Below, piece by piece: positions 20,372 to 27,389 of a DNA stretch of 64,000 bases. How positions within the stretch are numbered: position 1 is the first letter of the stretch; each line of letters begins with the position of its first letter. The stretch is from NCBI GenBank assembly GCA_949295935.1, contig CASFMW010000003.1:28109-92108 (forward strand), given 5' to 3'. Made by a program: the position numbers and the translations under genes. This stretch comes from an uncultured Pseudomonadota bacterium. Lineage in GTDB: Bacteria; Pseudomonadota; Alphaproteobacteria; RF32; CAG-239. The notes under the pieces are model-generated. The model was not told where the DNA came from. It saw only the letters and a list, made by a program, of their open reading frames with translations, and did no database searches.

Positions 20372-20401
20372 AGAACGGGAGTTTAGCTCCCGTTTTTTTT
20401 G
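20372..20401 (+). terminator. Rho-independent terminator after rplY (AACGGGAG-ttta-GCTCCCGTT + T8)
   Basis: Stem-loop plus long T-run. Confidence 0.7.
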
Positions 20402-20414
20402 AAGGTAAAAAAAT

Positions 20415-20987
20415 ATGTTTTTGATTGTCGGTTTAGGAAACCCCGGAGCAGAATATTCAGCCACCCGCCACAATGTCGGATTTATGGCTGCCGATGCTCT
20501 GCATGAAAACTATGCGTTCGGAACATTTAAAAATAAGTTTGACGGCTTGATTGCCGAAGGAAAAATCGGCAATGAAAAAGTTTATTTGTTAAAACCGCAA
20601 ACCTTTATGAATTTATCCGGCAATTCTGTCGTTAAAGCAGCTTCTTTTTATAAGATTTTGCCGCAAAATATCGTGGTTATCCATGACGACATGGACTTAC
20701 CTGTTGGCAAGCTCAAAGCCAAACTTGGCGGCGGCGCCGGCGGACACAACGGGCTAAAATCCATTGACGCCGCAATTACGCCGAATTACAACCGCATCCG
20801 CATTGGCGTCGGCCACCCGCAAGGACACGGTGAAGATGTGGTAAATTATGTTTTAGGCGGCTTTTCAAAAGCAGATAAAGAAACCATTTTTGCTGAGATT
20901 GATATGATAAGCGAAACCCTGCCGACTTTGCTGGAAAAAGGCATGGCCGCTTACTCCAACCTCATTGGCCAAAAACAACATTCGTAG
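20415..20987 (+). CDS. pth: Peptidyl-tRNA hydrolase
   Basis: MFLIVGLGNPG..., catalytic His region, 190 aa. Confidence 0.95.
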   Translation: MFLIVGLGNPGAEYSATRHNVGFMAADALHENYAFGTFKNKFDGLIAEGKIGNEKVYLLKPQTFMNLSGNSVVKAASFYKILPQNIVVIHDDMDLPVGKLKAKLGGGAGGHNGLKSIDAAITPNYNRIRIGVGHPQGHGEDVVNYVLGGFSKADKETIFAEIDMISETLPTLLEKGMAAYSNLIGQKQHS

Positions 20988-21192
20988 AATATTTGCTAGC
21001 TTGATAACGCTGTATTAGTTGCTCGCTATACAAACTTTGTAAAAGTTCGGAGAATGAGTCGAGTAGTAGGCGTCAAGGGCAAAAGTACCACTGCCGCAAA
21101 AGAAAGCACTTGAATGTGCTTTCTTTAAGGATAAGCAATGAGACTTTCCTTTGTTAGAATGCGACAGCTTTCGCAACAAAGGTTTAGACGCA

Positions 21193-21334
21193 CTAATCGA
21201 CCATTATACAAACTTTTCTACAACTTAAAACTGGGGATAATAGTACAGATAGAGGCATTTCTAGCTGCGAGAAAAATTTTAGTGGGTACATGAATTTTCC
21301 GAGACAGCGTAAAATGCCTCTAGATGTGCTGTTA
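21193..21334 (+). repeat. Intergenic repeat copy A (~142 bp) containing 11-bp inverted repeat TAGAGGCATTT...AAATGCCTCTA; candidate small RNA / REP-like element
   Basis: ~97% identical to 34865-34994 apart from an 11-bp indel. Confidence 0.7.
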
Positions 21335-21347
21335 TACACAGTTTTTT

Positions 21348-23465
21348 TTATTCGAGGTCTTCCCCAGTCTCCTGATTAACTCTCTTTGCAGAAAGCTTAA
21401 CCTTGCCACGATTGTCCGTACCAAGACATTTTACCCAAATTGAGTCGCCTTCTTTGTAGAAGTCGGAAACAGAAGCAATGCGCTCGTTCTTGACTTCGGA
21501 AATGTGAACCAAACCTTCGGTTGTTCCGAGGAAGCGAACAAAAGCACCAAAATCCATAATCTTGGTAATAACACCATGATAGATTTTGCCTTCTTCCGGC
21601 TCGGCAACAATACCGGTAATCCATTCAAGAGCAGCATCACCGTCTTCTTTCTTAAGCGAAGCAATTTTGATAACACCATCGTCGCTGATATCAATTTTAC
21701 AATGTGTTTTTTCGGTAATTTCACGAATAACTTTACCGCCTGAACCAATAACTTCACGAATTTTATCAACCGGAATCTTAATCGCAACAATACGCGGTGC
21801 TTTATCCGAAACATGAGGACGCGGTTCAGAAATAGCCTTTGCCATCTCACCCAAGATATGGATACGACCTTCGTGAGCCTGAGCCAAAGCAGTTTTCATA
21901 ATATCTTTGGTGATTGATGTGATTTTAATATCCATCTGCAAAGCGGTAACACCGTCTTTTGTACCGGCAACCTTGAAATCCATATCGCCGAGGTGGTCTT
22001 CATCACCGAGAATATCGGTCAAAACGGCCACACGACCATCTTCTTCCTTAATCAAGCCCATAGCAATACCGGCAACTGGTTTAGCCATTGGCACACCGGC
22101 CGACATCAAAGACATTGTTGTTCCACAAACCGTCGCCATTGACGAAGACCCGTTTGATTCCAAGATTTCGGAAACAACACGAACAGCATAAGGAAATGTA
22201 TCTTTATTTTTCGGCATCATCGGGTGAATAGCGCGCCAAGCCAATTTTCCGTGACCGATTTCACGACGTCCGGGGCTACCGATACGACCACATTCACCAA
22301 CCGAGAACGGCGGAAAGTTATAGTTCAGCATAAAGTCTTCTTTATATTCTTCCATCAAACCGTCAACAATTTGAGCATCTTCGCCCGTACCCAAAGTTGT
22401 AACAACCAAAGCCTGTGTTTCGCCACGAGTAAAGATAGCTGAACCATGGGCCATCGGCAAAACATCAACTTCGCACCAAATCGGACGAACGGTTTTGGTG
22501 TCACGACCGTCAATACGTTTTCCGGTTGTCAAAACTTTTTCGCGAACAACTTTGTGCATCAATTTTTCAATAGCGTCTTGAGCAAACTTTTGTTCAAACT
22601 CATTTTCCGGATCAAGGGTTGCCTTAAATTCTTCAGAAGCCTGAGCAACAAGTTCGCCACGTTTCAGTTTATCGGTTTCTTTGAAAGCTTCTTCAAACTT
22701 AGAGATAAAGCCTTTTTCCAGTTTGTTATAGAGTTCATCAAACTCCGGCGGGAATTTCGGCATTTCCCAACGCGGCTTGCCGGCTTCTTTAACCATTTCA
22801 TTAATCATGGCAATAACCGGCTGGAAGTTTTCAAATCCGAACATAACCGCGCCAAGCATGGTTTCTTCAGACAATTCCTGAGCCTCAGATTCAACCATCA
22901 GCACGCCTTCAGATGTACCGGCCACTGCCAGCTCAAGTTCAGATTCTTTTTGTTGTTCTACTGTCGGGTTCAAGATATATTCACCGTTTTTATAACCGAT
23001 TTTAGCAGCACCGATAGGTCCGAGGAACGGAATACCGGAAATTGCCAAAGCGGCTGAAGCGGCAATCATAGCCACAACATCAGAATCTGTCTGCTGGTCA
23101 TGAGAAAGAACGGTACAAATAACCTGAACTTCATTTTTAAAAGCATCCGGAAACAGCGGACGAATAGGTCTGTCAATCAAGCGAGAGATAAGAACTTCGC
23201 GCTCAGAAGGCTTACCTTCACGCTTCATAAATCCACCGGGGATTTTTCCGGTAGCATAATATTTTTCTTGATAATTAACGGTCAAAGGGAAGAAATCCTG
23301 ATCGGGCGCAGCCTCTTTTGCGGCACAAACGGTAGCCAAAACCGCCGTTCCGCCATAAGTAGCCTCAACGGCACCGAGAGCCTGCTTCGCAACTTTACCT
23401 GTTTCCAACACCAACTTTCTGCCGCCCCAATCCAGTTCTTTGCGGCAAATATTCAATTCGACCAT
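21348..23465 (-). CDS. pnp: Polyribonucleotide nucleotidyltransferase (PNPase)
   Basis: 705 aa; two RNase PH domains, KH and S1 domains; follows rpsO. Confidence 0.97.
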   Translation of the reverse strand: MVELNICRKELDWGGRKLVLETGKVAKQALGAVEATYGGTAVLATVCAAKEAAPDQDFFPLTVNYQEKYYATGKIPGGFMKREGKPSEREVLISRLIDRPIRPLFPDAFKNEVQVICTVLSHDQQTDSDVVAMIAASAALAISGIPFLGPIGAAKIGYKNGEYILNPTVEQQKESELELAVAGTSEGVLMVESEAQELSEETMLGAVMFGFENFQPVIAMINEMVKEAGKPRWEMPKFPPEFDELYNKLEKGFISKFEEAFKETDKLKRGELVAQASEEFKATLDPENEFEQKFAQDAIEKLMHKVVREKVLTTGKRIDGRDTKTVRPIWCEVDVLPMAHGSAIFTRGETQALVVTTLGTGEDAQIVDGLMEEYKEDFMLNYNFPPFSVGECGRIGSPGRREIGHGKLAWRAIHPMMPKNKDTFPYAVRVVSEILESNGSSSMATVCGTTMSLMSAGVPMAKPVAGIAMGLIKEEDGRVAVLTDILGDEDHLGDMDFKVAGTKDGVTALQMDIKITSITKDIMKTALAQAHEGRIHILGEMAKAISEPRPHVSDKAPRIVAIKIPVDKIREVIGSGGKVIREITEKTHCKIDISDDGVIKIASLKKEDGDAALEWITGIVAEPEEGKIYHGVITKIMDFGAFVRFLGTTEGLVHISEVKNERIASVSDFYKEGDSIWVKCLGTDNRGKVKLSAKRVNQETGEDLE

Positions 23466-23560
23466 ATTTCAAACACCTTTCATAACATCTTTAACATCTT
23501 TATAAACCTCACCCTGACTTGGTCATTAAAGCCACGGGATTTTTAATAAAGCATAATAAT

Positions 23561-23665
23561 TAAAACAAAAGCCCCGAGGGGCAAAAAAGCGCTTGGAAGA
23601 AAGAGCTGAAAGCTAAAACTTTCTTTGCCGTTAATAGAAAAAACGGCCCCTCTCTTCCAAACGCC
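23561..23665 (-). promoter_or_regulatory. rpsO terminator / structured pnp leader (GC hairpin GCCCCGAGGGGC + U-run preceded by long imperfect stem TTGGAAGAAAGAG...CTCTCTTCCAA)
   Basis: Inverted repeats in rpsO-pnp intergenic region, as in the autoregulated pnp leader of other proteobacteria. Confidence 0.55.
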
Positions 23666-23674
23666 AAAAGTCTC

Positions 23675-23944
23675 TTACTTACGCAGATCCAGTTTCTTAA
23701 TGATATCCTGATATCTGTCGCTGTTTTTAGCTTTAAGATAGTCGAGCAAGTGACGACGACGGCTAACCATCTTCATCAAGCCCAAACGAGAGTGCAAATC
23801 TTTGTTGTGAACATTAAAATGCTCAATAAGTTTGTTAATACGAGCGGTCCAAATAGCGATTTGAACTTCCGGAGAACCGGTATCATTCGGATTCAAACCA
23901 AATTTGCTAACAATATCTTTAACTTCATCTTGACTAATCGACAT
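23675..23944 (-). CDS. rpsO: 30S ribosomal protein S15
   Basis: 89 aa, MSISQDEV...[23 protein letters not shown]. Confidence 0.97.
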   Translation of the reverse strand: MSISQDEVKDIVSKFGLNPNDTGSPEVQIAIWTARINKLIEHFNVHNKDLHSRLGLMKMVSRRRHLLDYLKAKNSDRYQDIIKKLDLRK

Positions 23945-23965
23945 CTGTATATTTCCTTTTTAATT

Positions 23966-24871
23966 TTAAAGATTAAACACACGAACGGGAGCAATTCTGC
24001 GCTCCTCGATTCGCACCACGGCCACCGACTTACCCTCACAAACGGCAACCGCCTCTTGCCCGACAAGGTTTTGAACATCAAAAGCCTTTGGCGAGAGCGC
24101 CTGCCCGAGTTTAAGCTTAGCGGCCTCAACTTCCGAAACAGCAATAACCGTGATGTCGCACAGAAATGTTTCTATCGGAAGCAAAACTCCATTTAGGGCA
24201 TCACCATACACCATATTTTCTAAATTTTCCAGTAAAATTTTATGTCTAAGGTCAAATTGCCCGCATTTTAAACGCCGAAGCTCCTGCAAATAGCCCAAAG
24301 TACCGAGTTTTTGAGCAATATCATGTCCCAAAGTGCGCACATAAGTTCCTTTCGAGCAAACCACGCGGAACTTTGCCCGATTCGCCGGCAGAATTTCTAC
24401 GAGTTCAAGTTCAAAAATTTCAACCTCGCGCGGCGGAATAGAAAATTCAACCCCTTTCCGTGCTAAATCATAAGCTCTCTGCCCATTAATTTTCAGAGCG
24501 GAATAAGCCGGCGGCACTTGCATGATTTTTCCTAAAAAAGCCGGCAAAATATTAAGAATTTCTTCTTGCGTCGGAATTTTATCACAGCGATCAATAATCT
24601 CGCCGTCTGAATCATCAGTATTGGTTGCAGCACCCCACTGCACCACAAATTCGTATTCTTTAACCCCGTCAGTCACAAACGGCAAAAGTTTTGTCGCCTC
24701 ACCGAAAGCAATTGGCAAAACTCCGGTGGCAAAAGGATCGAGTGTTCCGGCATGACCATTTTTCTTAGCATTAAAAATCCGTTTTGTACGGCGCACAACC
24801 TCGGTTGAGCCCATTCCGCGAGGTTTATCTATAATCAACCAACCATTTATGTCTTGCCCTTTATGTTTCAT
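23966..24871 (-). CDS. truB: tRNA pseudouridine(55) synthase
   Basis: …INGWLIIDKP…MGSTEVV…HAGTLDP… catalytic Asp motif; ATG at 24871 (ORF-track extension upstream is non-coding read-through). Confidence 0.93.
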   Translation of the reverse strand: MKHKGQDINGWLIIDKPRGMGSTEVVRRTKRIFNAKKNGHAGTLDPFATGVLPIAFGEATKLLPFVTDGVKEYEFVVQWGAATNTDDSDGEIIDRCDKIPTQEEILNILPAFLGKIMQVPPAYSALKINGQRAYDLARKGVEFSIPPREVEIFELELVEILPANRAKFRVVCSKGTYVRTLGHDIAQKLGTLGYLQELRRLKCGQFDLRHKILLENLENMVYGDALNGVLLPIETFLCDITVIAVSEVEAAKLKLGQALSPKAFDVQNLVGQEAVAVCEGKSVAVVRIEERRIAPVRVFNL

Positions 24872-24981
24872 TCCAAAATTCCGTAACATTAAAACCTTAT
24901 ACCGAAGGTGATAAAGGATAAAGCACCCCCTGTCAACTGATTTAAAACGAAAAAAGCCCTGCATAAGCAGAGCTTTTGTTC

Positions 24982-25785
24982 TTAAAGAGCTGACTTCAAC
25001 TGACACAACCTAGATAGCACATAGGCTGTATCTTTCACAATTTCACCAAAGCTTCGAGGTGCTGTCAAATACAAATAATCAGTATTATCAACCCCATAAG
25101 CCAAAGTCATCGGCTTTTTCAAACTCAGCAATTCTTTACAGCGCTTGAGCAGGCTTGGCAACACAATCGGCTTTTTATAATAGACATCTTTATGACGATT
25201 ACGATCAAGCAACATTCCTTTACCATGTCGCACCACCAAGAGCAAATCAGCAAATGTTCGTTCAAGTATGCCTTGTCGGTTATCATACCAAACATCAAAA
25301 CTCTTAAAATCCATTTCCGCACAAACAATCTGCTTAGGATTATATTCATTACGAAAAACGGAAAAATAAGTTTTTTGCTTAAGACCGATATTTGTATCAA
25401 AAAATGAAAAACAGTTACCATCGACATACAGCGAACCTTTTTCAACCAACGCCCCCAAGCGTTTTATTTGACAATCAGCGCCAATAGCATAATAACAATC
25501 GCCATTATAAGCTTTCATCTGCCTACCATTTTGATATTCACCACTGCATTTTCCTGAAGGATAAAGCAAATATCCGCTTTTTACGCTAATGGAACGCACA
25601 TGAGAAACCAATACCTCCAATGCCGGAAAACTAAGAATCATACTCATCTTTGTTTCTGTGCAGTGAAGCACGGCTAGATTACGAAAAGTCCAAAATTCAC
25701 CTTTTTCAACATGTGTCTCAATACCGCCGATTTCTCTTGAAGTCACTTTCAGAACAGCTGTTCCGTTTTGAATAAATTTTTCCAT
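24982..25785 (-). CDS. Hypothetical protein (267 aa), Cys/Tyr-rich, no recognisable domain; inserted between rbfA and truB
   Basis: ORF preceded by the conserved TTGACTTTTGTCTA promoter motif; shares an F-D/S-x-x-(Y/W)-W motif with the 144/179/180-aa paralogs. Confidence 0.55.
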   Translation of the reverse strand: MEKFIQNGTAVLKVTSREIGGIETHVEKGEFWTFRNLAVLHCTETKMSMILSFPALEVLVSHVRSISVKSGYLLYPSGKCSGEYQNGRQMKAYNGDCYYAIGADCQIKRLGALVEKGSLYVDGNCFSFFDTNIGLKQKTYFSVFRNEYNPKQIVCAEMDFKSFDVWYDNRQGILERTFADLLLVVRHGKGMLLDRNRHKDVYYKKPIVLPSLLKRCKELLSLKKPMTLAYGVDNTDYLYLTAPRSFGEIVKDTAYVLSRLCQLKSAL

Positions 25786-25829
25786 AATATATAATCTTTA
25801 ATAATAAATTCTCGAACTTTAAGAATACA

Positions 25830-25852
25830 CCATTTTAGACAAAAGTCAAGCG
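25830..25852 (-). promoter_or_regulatory. Conserved promoter-like element (minus strand CGCTTGACTTTTGTCTAAAAT) upstream of the 267-aa ORF
   Basis: Motif family; -35 TTGACT, ~16-bp spacer, TATTCT. Confidence 0.5.
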
Positions 25853-25912
25853 TTTTACACAAAAAAAATACACTGTCACAATTGCGAACAGTGTATTTAA
25901 ATTCAAAAACGA

Positions 25913-26827
25913 CTAAAATTCGAGCATTAGAGATTCTGTCTTTTTAAACAATTTATTTCCAATTTTAAGGTGTTTACTAGGAATGCACTCTAAAAAGCCA
26001 CCAGAAGCCAAAACCACCTTTCGGTTCTGATTATCAAACCCCAACAATGTAAATGGCGTTGAAGAATCAGATAAGACAACCGTGTTCATCCATAAAGAAT
26101 AAAAGTCTTTTTCTTTGTTTAACAATAAAAAAGAGGCAGATTTTTCATCCCAACCATACAATCGATTATTAGATTTAAGAAAACAATGTCGGCGTGGTTT
26201 ATAAAGACGACCAACAGGTGTCAATACATCAAACCTGCCATCCAATCGCTCTCCTACAACAAATTTTCCTTGATGTCCCCAAAAATCAATTATTTCATAA
26301 TTCTTCCAAACAGTTTCACGCACCACATTTTTATTAAAATAACGAACAGTCATCGTCCCATCTGAAAAAGGAGTAATAAAAACATTGTTTTCATCTAATT
26401 TCTTTTTTCCTAACAAGACTTCATCTTCGCCACAATACCAAGATTTTTTTCCCTTTCGATATATAAAAATATAAGGAGAAAAACTAAAATCTTTTACACT
26501 GCATGAAAGTTTCACAAAAGAACATCTTTTAGAACAATAACGATAAAGAACATAAAGACCATCGAGTTTACTAAAAACTAATAAATCTCCCTCATGAAAA
26601 GAAAAGCTTCCTTTAAGTCCCTCATTATAACAAACATACTTTCTTTCCTGTTCCGAATACAGATAAGCAGCCTTCAAATCACCAATAAACGTTTGCATTC
26701 CAAATTTTGAACGAACAAAAAACTTCGTCTCGGTTAATACAAAAGATTTCATAATTATAAAGATTAAAATTAAACATAAAAATAAATTAAAGTAACCAAG
26801 AGATAGCACAAGTTTTTCATTTGTCAA
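25913..26827 (-). CDS. Hypothetical membrane-anchored protein (304 aa; single N-terminal TM helix, Tyr/Lys-rich beta-rich ectodomain)
   Basis: ORF; hydrophobic segment LVLSLGYFNLFLCLILIFII; located inside the infB-rbfA-truB-rpsO-pnp gene string. Confidence 0.55.
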   Translation of the reverse strand: MTNEKLVLSLGYFNLFLCLILIFIIMKSFVLTETKFFVRSKFGMQTFIGDLKAAYLYSEQERKYVCYNEGLKGSFSFHEGDLLVFSKLDGLYVLYRYCSKRCSFVKLSCSVKDFSFSPYIFIYRKGKKSWYCGEDEVLLGKKKLDENNVFITPFSDGTMTVRYFNKNVVRETVWKNYEIIDFWGHQGKFVVGERLDGRFDVLTPVGRLYKPRRHCFLKSNNRLYGWDEKSASFLLLNKEKDFYSLWMNTVVLSDSSTPFTLLGFDNQNRKVVLASGGFLECIPSKHLKIGNKLFKKTESLMLEF

Positions 26828-26874
26828 ACAAAAAAAGAAGCCGCAAACGCGACTTCTTAAGCAATCACAAAGCG

Positions 26875-27264
26875 TTATTCTTCATCATTTTTAGCCAAAT
26901 CACGCGCCACTTTGGGGTCTCGCAAAAGCTTTTCGATTTTATCAACTTCCTCAAAACTCTTATCAATTCTAAAACTAAGCTCCGGCACATAACGCAACTC
27001 GGTTTTTGCCATAATCACTTTGCGCAAATAGTTTGCCGCAAGTTGCAACCCGCCGATAACCTGCTGTTCTGCTTCTTTTGATGAAGTTATGATATAAACG
27101 GAAGCATATTTCAAATCCGGAGAAACCTTAACTTCCATAACCGTAACAAGGGTGTTAATTCCTTGCAGATTGCGAATTTCATCACGCTCAATTTGCTTGG
27201 CAATAATTTTCTTAATTTCTTGCCCGACACGCAACTGCCGCTGAGAAGGTTCTTTATCAGCCAT
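26875..27264 (-). CDS. rbfA: Ribosome-binding factor A
   Basis: MADKEPSQRQLRVGQEIKKIIA... KH-like RbfA signature; start at internal ATG 27264. Confidence 0.9.
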   Translation of the reverse strand: MADKEPSQRQLRVGQEIKKIIAKQIERDEIRNLQGINTLVTVMEVKVSPDLKYASVYIITSSKEAEQQVIGGLQLAANYLRKVIMAKTELRYVPELSFRIDKSFEEVDKIEKLLRDPKVARDLAKNDEE

Positions 27265-27389
27265 AAAACATCTCCTAAAACAAAATCTAACGCGACTATA
27301 GCACGAAAACGCCGTCAAATCAAGAAAAAACAAACGGCAGGCAAAGAGAAAATCTCCCGCCTACCGCTTTTATTGTTTTTGAAAACAGA

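Noticed and set aside
20143-20373. 76-aa ORF overlapping the 3' end of rplY that might encode a remnant of the L25 C-terminal domain
   Set aside because: It is in a different frame with hydrophobic repeat (TLTLTLT) composition and no similarity to the Ctc C-domain
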